A stretch of DNA of 63,899 nucleotides from Chiloscyllium plagiosum (lineage: Eukaryota), in assembly GCF_004010195.1 (NCBI RefSeq), contig NC_057755.1, positions 3,805,462 through 3,869,360 of the forward strand, written 5' to 3'. A program made the translations under genes and the position numbers. How positions within the stretch are numbered: position 1 is the stretch's first letter; each line of letters opens with the position of its first letter. Below, one piece after another: positions 37,030 through 50,884 of this stretch. The notes under the pieces are model-generated. The model saw nothing but the letters and a program-made list of their open reading frames with translations, was not told where the DNA came from and did no database searches.

Positions 37030-37545
37030 TCAGTGTCTTTTGCGGGATAAGACGTCGATGTCCTCCGAAGTACCATTCCATCTACCCTCTGTTTGCACAA
37101 TTATATGGGAGACCGACATAGTGAGCAACGAATGCAGCTGACTAAATTGTGAAAAGTGATGATAAATCGTTGCTTCACCTGAAAGGCATGTTTGGGCCCT
37201 TCGGTACTGAGGGGGGAAAAGGTAAATTGGCATGTGTTACCTTAGGGGGTTGCAAGGGAAGGTGCCAGACGGGTGCTGGGGCTCTAAGGAGTGAAGAAAG
37301 AGTGGACGACGGTGTCCCATGGGGAATGATCCCTGCGGAAGTTGTAATATGTGTCTGGTGGTCGAATCTCACTGGAGGAGTTATAAATGGTGTCTGATTT
37401 TTTTTTCTGGTTTGGATGCTGATGGTGGTATGGTAGGTAAAGACTAGGAGAAATCGGTCTCTGTTGCAAGAGGGGTAAGGTTGTTGGAAAGATGGGAAAT
37501 GGGTCAGACACAGTTAAGAGGGCTCTGTTGACAATGGTTCTATGA
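37030..37545 (-). mobile_element. Penelope-like element fragment (RT/GIY-YIG linker region)
   Basis: FRRDHSPWDTVVHS and PSVPKGPNMPF; related to 48600-48930. Confidence 0.65.
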
Positions 37546-39004
37546 AGTTGGGTAGTTAGGAGCTGACAGTGGTGACCATATTTCCACCATTTCTGATCAT
37601 TTACACCCCACCCCCACCCCCCAGTCCTTACTCACACACCAAAGACAAAACCAGACACACTGGTCACGGTCTGAAATCAGACACGGGCCACGGGATGCGA
37701 GTAACACAGTGAACACCTTTAATCACGACACAGAAGCAGTGGCTTAGGGCCCATGGGGACACATCCAATCAAGAAAGATACTGCAGTTAGCTTCAGGCAC
37801 AGCCTCAGATTAACCTTGCGGTCCATTGATATTTAAGCAGCAAGTGTAAGGGTGTCTGCAAGGAGAGGAAAAACTGATTTCATCATCGAAACATGTTTTA
37901 AATCTGCACACCCCTCCGATATCTGAGCAATCCCGGGAGTGACCTGGAAAGCAAAGAAGAGAAGTTCATTGGTTCCTGCAGTCAGGCGCCAAGATTTCAC
38001 CTCAGTTCGTGAGACCCCTGAACTTCATTTATACAGTCATTGATGAGACATCTGTACATAATGAACACAGTCCAATCCTGGGGTTGGGGTGTTGGGGTGT
38101 GGGCGGGAACCTGTCGATTGCAGGAATGCCAATTGACATGGAATGGCCTTAAAGATGATAGCCTGCTGCTTATTTATTCCAAAAGGTAAATAAACATGAA
38201 GTGTTTCAGAACTGAAGTGGATTGTTCACTCATGGGAAATTTCTGCCATAATTCACCAACTGCACAAGGAATTCATGGTAGACTGGTGGGACTATCACTG
38301 GACGGACATCCGAGACCATCGAGCTCATGTTCTGAAGAGCTGCCTTTGAATCTCATCGAGGAAGATGACGAAATATGAATTATATCCAAATAATCTGATG
38401 TCAAGTGTGGAAATGCTGTAGATTATCCGGGGGAGGGATGCTGGTGGTGAAACAAGGGAATAGCTACTTCATTAAAGTTCTTAAGAGAAGGAAACCTATT
38501 GCCAGCACTTGCTCTGACTTACACGTGACTCCAGATTCATTCCCAAATGCCATCTGGGCAATAATGAATGGACAAGAAATCTTGGCTTAGCATCCCACGA
38601 ACAGTTATCGTACATATTAACTGATTGATTTTCGTCTACTGTCAGCTAAAGCTAAAGTCTCTTGTCAGCGAAAGGGTTACAACTTAGTCTTCAGAGAGAT
38701 GAGTGACTTTAGTCTGTCCTTCTGAATGTTTGTGAACATTGAGGATAAATGGACTCACGTTTAAATGAAAGATGTTGTTTCATGACGTCATCAGCAGGGC
38801 CTGGCTGCACCATCACCAAGGCCACAAGAACAAAGAACAGGACAGTTCTCATCTTCCATTGACTTTCTGCTGCACTATGAGTTGCCCAGGGAGTGGAAGC
38901 TTCATATATGTTTCACAGGCTGTCCCACAGTTAATAATTGCAAAACCACAACACGGAGAGAATCTGTGATGCACATGTGAAGACGTCATTTCAATTATGA
39001 GTCA

Positions 39005-39390
39005 AACAATAACACACAGAGACACACAAATGTGCACTTAAACAACCAGACACAGGCACAAAACAATATATACATATATACATAATCATAGATACACACA
39101 CACATAAAATAATATATACACATATACATAATCGCAGATGCACCTACACACCCACATATACACAAATGCAAAAAATTTACATATTCAAACACACACAAAT
39201 ACTCATACACACACACAGACACACGCACATGCATAGACACACTGATACACACAGACACAAACGCACACACAGACACACACATACACACAGGTGGACGCAC
39301 GAACCCATAAAACACACATAGACACATGCACGCACATACACAGACACAAAAACACATACATAGACACACTGACACACACAGACACTATCT
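39005..39390. repeat. CA-rich degenerate microsatellite
   Basis: Directly visible; it explains the Cys/Val-rich spurious ORFs. Confidence 0.92.
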
Positions 39391-40464
39391 GCACGAATAC
39401 AATGGTGTGGGATAATTGATATTTGGGAAAACAGCAGTATTCAGCTGCTGGATTGTCTACAGCAAAACAAGGGCTACTGTGTTGGGTGGCTGAAATTTGA
39501 ATACTCAGCAGTGTGCAATTTGTGCATTCTCTGTAGTCATACGCCATCGTCAGTAATACAATACATACAGTGTGAGATAACTAACATATGACACTGAGCA
39601 GTGTCTAATGTGCGTACTGCCTACAGTGATGCAACATCTAAACTGTGGGACAACTGTGATTTGAACCGTTAGCAGTGTGAATTCTGTATATTGTCTGTAG
39701 TTATGCAATGTGTACAGTGTGGAAAACTGATATTTGAGCATTCAGCTGAGGGCAGTCTGTGTATTGAACTGGCAATTGCACAGTGACATGCTGGATCCAT
39801 TCCAGTCTTTACTGTTGGACAATGCAGCTATGGATGAACTCTGAGAGACTGAATGGAGCCTTGTAGCCGGAGAGATCCGCGTTAGAGTCAAATATTTAAC
39901 AGACTGATCGACGATCCAAACTGATCATAGAGTGTTTCCCTCCCGTCCCTGAAATGGAGTTATTTTTGGTCATGGTGTCCAGCTCCAGGTTTTTAGCCTC
40001 GGGTTCTTGTTTCCCTAAGGAGAGATTAGCTTCCAGCTGAGACTCACCCACTGAGTTATTCTTAAAGTCTGATCAATAAGAGACATGTTATCCAGGGCTC
40101 TTGTGGTGCCATGGAAGTATTCCTATCTTTGATCCACGAGGTCTGGGTTCATTTCCCACATCTTCTCATCAAACCAAGAGCGCATAAAGCCAATTTTGAG
40201 AAGTCAGCCATGTTTTGTTTTGGATTAAGAATGGTTGCTGTTTGTTGATGCCATCATTGACATGGCGAAAAACAGGAATCCATTGCATTTGTGTAGATTT
40301 GGTGCGTTTTTAAATCTTTGAGCGAGGCGGGGAGATTATGCCATTGCTTCTGTTTTCCTGATTGCTCTGCTGCGCGCATCTTTTCAGCTTCCGATCTACT
40401 TCCAACGCTGCATGGCATGCCTGAGTAAGGTTCCAGATCCCCTTCACACTCATCCCCTTCTGTG

Positions 40465-40702
40465 GCACTCATCCACAGATTCCATCATTAAGCAAATCGA
40501 CCAGGACCCAATATCCGTGCCACTGCAGCGGACTGATGTACCTGACAACCGGAAGTGGCAGATGCAAATCACTATACATGCTGGAGGAAGCATTACAGAA
40601 GAGCTTCACAGGAGGCTCGGAAGCACTGAGGATGTCACCTGGACAGGGGACGAAACGTCTGCAAAACAAATTCCCAGCTCGGCGAACAGAACCACAACAA
40701 CT
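40465..40702 (+). mobile_element. Penelope (Poseidon-type) 3' end
   Basis: WHSSTDSIIKQIDQDPI is a GIY-YIG ORF C-terminal relic, followed by terminal-repeat sequence containing a hammerhead motif. Confidence 0.7.
40623..40662 (+). ncRNA. Minimal type I hammerhead ribozyme motif
   Basis: GCA-CTGAGGA-T-GTCACCT/GGAC/AGGGGAC-GAAAC-GTC-TGC: both core boxes, stem II with one mismatch, palindromic ACGT stem III, GUC triplet and a 3-bp stem I. Confidence 0.7.
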
Positions 40703-41479
40703 GAAGGTTACCTTTAACCAGACGTGAAGGCGAATTTCCTCATCTCCAACTCTGCCTTCTCCCAGTTTCCATCTCTCCCAGTTTCTGAACCTCCCCCAGA
40801 CCCAAACATTTCTTGAAAGCAGACCTTCAGCTTTACGTCCCATGCTCTGTTACCAATAACTACCCCTCAACCAGGCCAGCCCCTACTTTGTCGTGAACTT
40901 TGAGATCTGACTGTGTGCAATTGCCTTCTCTCCCCTATTAAAACAGTGGCAACACTCATTAAAGATTACATGTACGTCCAATATTCTAATATGTCCTGGG
41001 ATTCTGGAAGGTTTTGTCAGTTATTTGCTTGAGATCTGCACCTTTCCTGATCTCTCCCCTCCTCTATAGATCTCTCTGATTTTATCTCTCTCCACCATTC
41101 TTTTTGTTTCTATCGATCTGCCTGTTGCTAACTCGCTGCTTCTACCTGATTATTCCCACTCTCTCACTTTCTCTCCCTCCCTCCATTTTCCCTGCACAAT
41201 ACTTCTCACAATCTTTTTTTCTGCTTCTCAATGAGTTTCCCGACCTTGCTGTATTCCTACGTATCACCCTCTGTGAACAATCTTTAAACTTTCCATTTTC
41301 AAATCATTGCTGTTGCATTAACGTTGACATTGGGTAGCTCAAATGGCTGGATTTCTCGATTGCACGGCTAAGTGATGCCAATAATAAGAGTTCAATTCCT
41401 GTTCCAGCCGAGATAAAGTTCAAAAAAGAGAAGATGAGGAGTAGGCAATTTGGCTCCTCAAACCTGCTTTGATATTCAA

Positions 41480-42260
41480 CAGGATCATGTGTGTTCAAAC
41501 ATCCCCGCCATCCCTTTTCCTACGCTGTCTCCATAACCTTTGGTTCCCCATCTAATCAAGAAGCTCTCTCTCTCAGCCTTAAATATATGGAGGTATTATG
41601 GCCCACATGGCTCTCTAACACAAGGAGCTACAAATCTTTAAAATCCTCTGAAGGAAGAACATCTTCCTCCACTCAGTCTGCAATTGGAATTCCTTCATTC
41701 TGAGAGTCAGTTCCTTGTCTCCCCAATAAGGGGGAAGCATCCTCTCAGTATATTTCCTGTCAAACCCCTTAAGAATCCTATATATTACACGTGAGATCAC
41801 TTGTCATTCACATAAACTCCAGTAAATAGGGTTCAAACTGCTTTAGACTTTGCTCAGAATGCAAACTCTTCATCCCAAGAATCTTCCCAGCGTAAATTCT
41901 TTGAACTGCTTGCAATGAAATTATGTATTTCTTTAAACATTGTGAACAGTTGTGGTCCAAATGGTAAGACCTCCATACTCTAATACTGCAGCCCTCTTGA
42001 AGTAAGGACCAACATTCCAATCACCTTCTGGATTATCCATTGCCCCTCTGTGTAACCTTTCTGTGTAATGTGCCCAAGTTCCACTAAGTGTCTTTTTGTT
42101 GCAGCTTTCTCCATTTAAAGGCGATCAACTTCACTTCTTATCACATTATACTCCAATTCAAACTGTTTCACATCTGTCTAAACTATGAATATCTCTCCAC
42201 AAACTGCTTGTATCCCTCTTATGACCTGCATTTCCAGCCATTGTGATGTCGTTTGCTGTT
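41480..42260 (-). mobile_element. Old CR1 LINE fragment
   Basis: LQAVQRIYAGKILGMK and YRILKGFDR are ORF2 C-terminal motifs. Confidence 0.7.
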
Positions 42261-45057
42261 TTGGAAACAGGATTTTCACTTCCTTGCTCTAACTCATGAA
42301 GCCCCTGCAGGTCCCACCTTCTCAGTCTCTCCCCTCGCCTGGGGTGGGGTGACCCCCCTCGTTAAATCACCACCAGCTGTCTCCCAATGGTTACACATTT
42401 CTTATAAGCTGCTGTTGTTTTCTTCAATATTTACCTCTGAAGCGGAACCAGTCGCCATCCTGTCTGACTCTCTTTCTCAAGCTGTTTGGAATCTTTCCCT
42501 CGCTGTGAACAAACAGTTTATTCCCTGCCTGACTCACATCAAGAAAGGAAGAAGGCAGATGGTATGTTGTCCTTCATTGAAGTGGATTGGAGTTCAGATT
42601 CGGGATGCTCACTGACGCTCTTGAGGGACATGGTGAGGTCACTCCTGCATTATTGTGTCCGGTGTTGGTCCCCCTACCTCAAAGATGATATTCTCACAAT
42701 AGACAGAGTGCCCATCGAGACTGCTCCACCACGCAATGAGATCATCGTTGAAATGATCATCATCAAACCCACTTCCCTGCCTTTTCCCCATTACCCTCCA
42801 TTTACTTCCTGATTAAAAACCTCTCTATCACAACATATGGACAGGTCGTGAGTTGATGGATGCAGACGATGAGCAGGCAGGTGGCATTAGAGGAGAATGG
42901 CATCATGGTCGGCACAGAAATGGTGGTTTGAATGGCCTGATGTTCTGTTGCACTCTTCGGAATTCCCATTGTGCTCATATAATGTTAAAGAACGTAAGGC
43001 TGTGGGCCAAGTGCTGGAAAATAAGACTAGAATAGGATGTGATTATTAGGATGGCGATGCCAAGTGGTATTATTGTTGTTCCGTTCGTCTCTCGTCTCAG
43101 GTAGCGCTTTGAGAATGATGTTTAAACAAGGCTTGGGCAAATAGTGCTTGAACTGAACTGATGAGGCAGAGGCTGGAATCAATGTCACAGGCTTCCCAGG
43201 CCAAGCCACAGCTGTGTCTGTCTCCTCGGGGAGTCGTTTATGGTCCATGGGATCCTGCAGGAGGACAGAAATTCCGGGCCAGAATTCAGAGGTTTCGCTC
43301 CCATCTCAGCAAACACCAGCCACTGATGTGTGCCACGACCTCCACGAACAGCTCGATGGAAGATTGTAACGAGCCTGCGCAATCCACCCCCTCACATTCC
43401 CAATGGGCACAGTCAATGGTCTGGCCCTTTAGCACGTTGAAGATAGAGGCTGTGATAATTAACTAATGAACCGTTTATTTGTTCATATATTATGCTACAG
43501 TGCTCCTGCGTCTCACACTATGGCTGGGCAGTGATCACCAGAGGATGGTTAAAGCATTGAATTTGCTGATTCTGTCCCTGATAGTGGCCAAGCCTTTTGC
43601 TGCTGCTAGAGGCAGGGAATCCTGGCTGTTGGTGAGAGGTGAGGATGTCTTTCAATGGGGAATGTGAGGAAGTAGAATGCAAGAGAAATCCCAAGCCGGT
43701 CTGGCAGCGTCCGAGGAGTGAGAGAAACACTGCTCACATTTCCAGTTCCATTCTTGAAGATATTCTGAAGAAGAGTGAGAACAAGACGGGAAATGTGAAC
43801 TCTGTTTCTCTCTCTGTCTCTGCACAGATGCTACGAGGCCTGCTGAGCTGCTCCATCAGTGTCTGCTTCAGATTGTCACAACCAAAGAATTTAGCCTTTA
43901 GGCTATTGAGATAAGCAAGGTATGAGTTGGGGAGGAGATAGACTGGGCAAAAGAATAAAGCCATTCAACCTTCTCACCTCTGAATTCTGCTATTCGACCT
44001 GCCTTTTTCCAGACTTCATTATATCACGTGTCTGCTTTGCTCACCTATCCCCCCAACCCTGGTTTCTACGCAACACTTCTAAGGATCTGTTCCCCTCAGG
44101 AACTGGAATCATGCACGTGATGTGAATTGTCACAGGCCAGCAAGCTTTCACAGGCAAATTCCATCCTGAATTACGCTCCATTCCATGGTGCCTTATTGTA
44201 TATTCCAGATTCTTCATTGGGTGTGAGTGACGCATTCCAACGATCATCGTCTGTCAGTAATCACAGCTGAGAGGGCAGCTGAGAGACAGCGACACATCAC
44301 TCTGGTTCTGGAGTCACATAGAGCCAGACTAAGTTAAAAATAGCGTTCTTACTCCAGAACTGATATTCCAGAACCTGATGGATATTTAGGAAAATTGAGA
44401 ATTGGCACAGCTGCATCATTATTACATTTTTCCTTTAGATTTCACACTTCACCACCTGTTATGGTGGGAACGATCTCTTGTGTTTCTGGATGATTATTGC
44501 AGTGAATTTCACATCGTCCCTCCACCATCATTCTCATTCTTCAAGGTGATGTAGTTTGACAGGCGAGAGAAAAGGCTAAAGGGAGAATGAAGAACTGCGC
44601 AAGAGAATCTAAACTTTTAGGCAAATCGCATTTTGTTTGTACAAGTTATTAGCTTGGATTTAAGTGAAATCTACAGGTAAATGTGTGAAATTTCTACATT
44701 ACAGGAATGTTAGACAAGATCTACTTGGGGAGCAATATACTTGGCCTTATTTACTCAAAGAAGCAGCTGAAAATGGCTCCTCCACAACTGAGTCAGATCG
44801 ATTCCTTCTGGTTGGAGCATATGAATGTTGTAAAACGAGAGCAACTCACCACTTGGGTTGTTCTTACACTAGAATATCTATTGCAAGCTTTATATGATGA
44901 ACTTTAAGTTTAAGAAAAATGTGAAAACATGTAAATCTAAACCTAATTAGAGAAAATAGAAGCAGTTAATTGGAGCAAATTACGGCCAGAAGCAATGAGT
45001 ATGTGTCACAGCTGCAGTATGTGAGCATTAGACTAAAATACAGACAATGTATTGTAC

Positions 45058-46225
45058 ATTGGATGTAGTGTACGCGGATTTTAGTAAGGCATTTGATAAG
45101 GTTCCCGATGGTAGGCTTATGCGGAAAGTCAGGAGGCATGGGATAGTAGGAAATTTGGCCAGTTGGATAGAAAACTGGCTAACCGGCCGAAGTCAGAGAG
45201 TGGTGGTAGATGGTAAATATTCAGCCTGGAGCCCAGTTACAAGTGATGTTCCACAGGGATCAGTTCTGGGTCCTCTGCTTTTTGTAATTTTTATTAATGA
45301 CTTGGAAGAGGGAGTCGAAGGGTGGTTCAGTAAAATTGCAGATGATACGAAGATGGTGGAGTTGTGGATAATAAGGAGAGCTGTTGTCGGCTGCAAAGAG
45401 ACGTAGATATGATGCAGAGCTGGGTTGAGGAGTGGCAGATGGAGTTCAACCCTGTCAAGTGTGAGGTTGTCCATTTTGGAAGGACAAATAAGAATGCGGA
45501 ATACAGGGTTAACGGTAGGGTTCTTAGTAAGGTGGAGGAGCAGAGGGATCTTGGGGACTATGTTCATAGATCTTTGAAAGTTTCCACTCAGGATAGAGCT
45601 TGTAAGAAGGCCGATGGTGCATTAGTGTTTATTAGCAGACGGATTGAATTTAAGAGCCGTGAAGTGATGTTGCATCTGTACAGGACCTTGGTTAGGCCAC
45701 ATTTGGAGAACTGTGTGCAGTTCTGGTCGCCTCACTTCAGGAAAGATGTGGATGCTTTAGAGAGTGCTCAGAGACAATTTATCAGGATGTTGCCTGGAAG
45801 GGAGAATAGGTCGTACGAGGATAGGGTGAGAGTGCTAGGTCTTTTCTCATTAAAACGGCGAAGGATGAGAGGTGACTTGATAGAGGTTTATAAGATGATC
45901 AGGGGAATAGATAGAGGAGACAGTCAGAACATTTTCCCCGGGGTACAACAGAGTGTTACAAGGGGACATAAAAATACTGTGAAGGGTGGAAGGTAAAGGG
46001 TGGATGTCAGGGGTAGGTTCTTTTCCCAGAGGGTGGTGGGGGAATGGAATGCGCTGCCTGTGGGAGTGGCAGAGTCAGAATCATTGGCGACCTTTAAGTG
46101 GCAATTGGATAGGTACATGGATGGGTGCTTAAGCTAGGACAAATGTTTGGCACAACATCGTGGGCCGAAGTGACTGTTCTGTGCTGTATTGTTCTATGTT
46201 CTAGGTTCGATGTTCTATGTTCAAT
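45058..46225 (+). mobile_element. Relatively young CR1 LINE, 5'-truncated, ORF2 RT with a frameshift
   Basis: [39 protein letters not shown], then a 210-aa ORF, then a (GTTCTAT)n tail. Confidence 0.95.
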
Positions 46226-48164
46226 GTCTTGGGGATGGGGAATGTTCGTTGGATTATTTGCAGCAGGAGGCGGTCACACCTCAGTAATAAGAGAGCGTGA
46301 TTTTCATTCAGGTATACATAGTGAGCCAGACAGCAGGGATACAGGAGCCTCATCTTTGGCAAGAATGGCACCAGAATGAACAGAAAACCAGTCAAGTGGG
46401 AGAACATCAAAAGAAATGGAATTGTAGGAGGGGGCTCACAGGAGTCGACAACTTTCTCTGCAGTAATGAACGTGAGTCCAGGAGACTGTGTTCCATCCCT
46501 GTGCTGAGGTTCAGGCACCAAGGTCAGGCCTGTCGACAAGTTCACAATGGGATGAGCATGAGACAATCTTACTGATCCATGTTCTTACAGACAACATATA
46601 CCAGGCAAGAAACAAGGTTCTGCCAACACACTGTCAGGAGCTTGGTGTCCAATTTAGAAGCTAACCCTCTGGATTAATATCACACCAAACTGTTACAGGG
46701 CACAGGGCCATTCAGATTAGGCAGGGACATTGGTGGCTCAGAGACTAGTGTGAGAGAAATGGGATCGGATGTGGTTCTGTCAATACAGATACGGCCAGAC
46801 CTGCTTAGGTTAGATTTCAGATTTTCAATAAAGGTACTTTTTCTTCATACATTTCCTGTTATTTTTCCTCGCTGTGTAATTTGTGATTCGAAAGATCCTA
46901 TACGGTTGCTATTATGTTCTTCAGCTGATCGTGTCACATTAAAAGATGGATGCACATGCATACCATGGTGATTCGATCCCTAATCGCATTGAAACCTCTG
47001 TTGTTCTGTAGATGTCTCGATGGACAGTGTCAGTAAGAGTGAGGTCAGTGATCTCTCCATTTTTGGAAGCCCATCTTATTCACTGATTCCCCTTCCCTCA
47101 GGAAAAACAGTGCCTTCTCCTCACTCGGTCCTTCATGTGACTCCAGCTCCTGGGATTAGGGAATGGGGAATAAATGCTGACCTCAACAGCAATCACACAT
47201 TCAGAGGGTGAGAACATTCTCATGTCAATCAGTGAGTGAAATATTCTTGTTTAAAGAGGGCAGCCCCTACCCTGGAGTGCAGAAGGACAGCTCTGTGACA
47301 TAGTTTCACACTGGAATAAATTGTCCCGATGCAATATCAAACGAATTATTCTGTGATCTCGGGATGGGGCTAATGGTGTTTGAGTAGAAAGCGTTATTGC
47401 TGGCAGATTCCGGATTCTGTTTTTGTTATTTCTTTATGATGTACTGAGCAGCAACACTCCTTCATAATTGGGATTAAACTTGTTACTGTAACTAGTTTGT
47501 TCATGGACAGAATTTGAAAAACAGCAACAAAGCTGAGTAATGCTGTGACCTCGATCTCCCCAAGGAGCTTCTACACTGTATAAGGGAGCGTCTCTGGGAA
47601 TGCATCAGCTCAGAGTTTCAAACAAGTAGGTTGTCAGCTGCCTGAAGAGGCACATCACCTTACACGGAGAAATGCTTCGACCAATTCGACACGTTGAGAG
47701 GGTGTTCATTACCATCCTTACTTTTATTGGTGCTCTTGGTATGGCATTATGAGAATTAAATGTTCACTTGACCCAAAATATTAACTCTGCTTTCTCTCCC
47801 ATGGATGATGTCAGTCCTGCTGAGTTATCTCTGTCTTTGCCTTTGGGCGAAAGAGAGAAGGACCGACAGACTGAACAGTTTTGCCCAATCCCTTGTGATG
47901 TAGAACTTGAGATATTAGGAGAAGGACATTAACCTGGCCAGTGCTGCTCCAAAACACCCACTCCTCCTTACGCGAAATTTGTGAGAGTACATCAGAAAAT
48001 ATTGTCAACTGCAGAAAGTGAAATAAAAATCATCCTCGTCGCCTTATGAAACCGTTTTTTGAGGTGTCTGGATACTATTGTAGTGGCTGTATTTGGTTGA
48101 TTTGGATTTAAATTACCTATTCCACTCAATTAGATTTCAGTTTATAGTGGTTCTCGGAGAAAAA

Positions 48165-48930
48165 CACAGCTGCTGAGGCAGCATCGAGGAACAGGAAAAT
48201 CAACGTTTTGGGCAAAAGCCCTTCATCAGGGATGAGGCTGGGACCCTCGGGGATGGAGAGATAAATGGAGTGGCGGAAGACAGCTGAAAGTGAAATCGGT
48301 GGATGGAGGTAGAGCGAATGGTGATAGGTCAGAAAGGAGGGTGGAGCGGACAGGTAGGAAGGAAGTGGGCAGATGGGACAGGTCATGAGGGCAGTGCTGA
48401 ACGTGGAGATTGGAACTGGGTTAAGGTGGGGGAGGGGACATGATGAAACTGATGAAGTCCACATTGAGGCCATGGGCTTCAAGGGTTCCGAGGCAGAAGA
48501 TGAGGCATTCTTCCTCCAGGCATTGGATGGTAGGGGAATGAGGATGGAGGAGGCCCAGAGCCTGCATGTCCTCGGCAGAGTGGGCGGGGTGATGAACTGT
48601 TCAGCCACGGTGCGGTGGGGTTCGTTGGCGCTGGTATCTCGGAGATGTCCTCTGAAGCACTCTTCGAGGATGTGGCCGGTCTCCCCAATGAAGAGGAGAC
48701 CGCATGGGGAGTAATATATAAAATAAATGATACGTGTGGAAGTGCAGGTGAACTTAGATGGATGTAAAAGGCTCCTTTGGGGCCTTGGGCGGAGTGAGGA
48801 GGGCAGTGTGGGCGCAGGTTTTGCAATTACTGTGATGGCAGGGGAAGGTGTCAGGAGGGAAGGGTGGGCTGTAAGGGGGCGTAGACCTAACCATATAGTT
48901 ACGGAGGGAAAAGTGTTTACAGAAAGTGGA
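48165..48930 (-). mobile_element. Penelope-like element 3' part (GIY-YIG endonuclease relic plus terminal repeat)
   Basis: The minus strand reads DMQALGLLH..CLEEECLIFCLGTLEAHGLNVDF, with a degenerate hammerhead at 48198-48232. Confidence 0.8.
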
Positions 48931-50884
48931 TTGGAAGTGTTGGATATTCTCAGAGAGTTGGACAGTATCTATGGAGAGAAAAAAAAAACACAGTTCATGT
49001 TTCAGATGGGAATAAGATCAGTGCACAATGTTATCATCACTATAAGCTCAGAAATGTAGGAGAAACACACTGTAGTGCAGGGACAAATAACTTGCGACTG
49101 CAGAGAAACTGAGGGAAGATAAAAGTTGTAAATTAGCAGCACATCGACAGTGAGAGGAATCTCAGTTAAACACAGTTGGCACAAACTGAAGTTAAATACC
49201 TAACCATGCTAAAGTACACTCATTATTAAAGACATTGGAAGGGAAACAATGGCAATGTGATAAGGATCTGTAAAGGTGTGACAGAGCATTGGATGGACAT
49301 AAATTCAGACCAACAGTCAGAAGCCATCGCAGTCATAGAGACATGGAACGTTACACATGGAACAGACTATAGCAAAAAGGAATGACATTGGTGATGAACG
49401 CTCAAAAAACTCTGAAATAATTTCACTTCTGAAAAATATCCTGCTAAGTTTCAGGTGGAGCCTGAAACTGGAAAGCGATTGGAACTCAGGTGTCAGAGAA
49501 AATCCTTAAATCTTGGGAAATGCCCAGGATGGAGTAATGTCTCTGTGCCATTGTCACTGTGTGATGACATCACCCACAGGAACACAGAGCATCTGGGTCT
49601 GTGCAAACTCGAGATCCCCCACACACTGGGAAGGATGGCAGGGTTCTTGACAGGGGACTCAGAAGATTTACCAGAATGGTTTAGGGAATGACAGATCGCA
49701 GTCATGAGGTTAGGTTGTAGACATCGGCATTGAGGGGATATTTGACAGAGTGGAAGCAGTAGTTTATGATTGGTTAACAAAAGGTAAATAAAATGAAGCT
49801 GTTTCCATTAGCTGGCCATAAATGGATTAGAGGAGAGGTACTTCAGTTTGGGGATGTTCCACAGTGAGAATGCGAGAAAGAAATTTTATGCAGCGACCTT
49901 GGACCTTGGACTCAATGCTGACCCACAAACGCCAATAATGCTGCGATCCTGATACATCGATGGAGGTCATGTGTAAAAAGCACACTGGTCTGATCAATGA
50001 TGGAATCTGAATTGAATCAAAACTAGCATTGATCTGACAGATTTAATGTGAAATTCTCCCAATGGACTTAGAGCAGACGATTCCAAGACAGAAAGCACAT
50101 CACGTTTCCACAAATTACTGTTTGATCCTAGAGAAATCTTTCGCAAATTCTGGAAATCTTTCCATCGACTGACGTTGTGAGACGTTGCCGATGTATAAAG
50201 GTCTAACTCTCAGAAGGACATGGCTGGGAATACTCAACAGATCAGGCAGGTGGGAATACACACGTTGAACATTTCAGGTCAACGAAATTTCATCAACATC
50301 TTCTTGAAGTGGGACAAGTAGCTGGTATATACAAAAAGTAAATGATCAGGAGCCATTGTATAAGTGTGCAAACTAGAATCGAAATCACACACTAAAATAT
50401 TCTGGATGCTGCAGGAAGTGATTGACGTCTGGGGAGACGCACATTGGATTAAAGTTTTGAGTTCAAAGTCACTGAGAGTCAGCTGAACTTGAAACGATAA
50501 ATCTGCTTCGCTGTTCAGAGAGTGTATGTTCAATTTAGGAGGATAGATTAAAACAATGGGATGACTTTAATAATCGGAGATGGAGGGAATCCTTTGTTGA
50601 GCTCAGTGAATTGTTGAAATTTAATGCGTAATGGTCTATAATTCGGGAAATTACAATCAGATTGTGTGGCTTTTAAGTGTTAAAGAGCGCCTGGTTAATA
50701 CTTCCGCACACTATTACAATTACAATTCCTACTACTCTTCCATAACATATTCCAGCCCAAATAGATATCAGTTTCTTGGAAACAATAGAATCTTTCAATT
50801 TGTGGATAATGATCAAAAGAAAGTTTTAACTGCAAACAAAAGTTTGAGACGAGTCCTGTGTTATGATCCAGCTTGTATTTTCCT

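Noticed and set aside
38995..39547. Cys/Val-rich ORFs of 66-126 aa
   Set aside because: Translations of the CA-rich microsatellite.
45364..45996. 210-aa ORF as a host gene
   Set aside because: It is the C-terminal part of CR1 ORF2 in a truncated, frameshifted copy.
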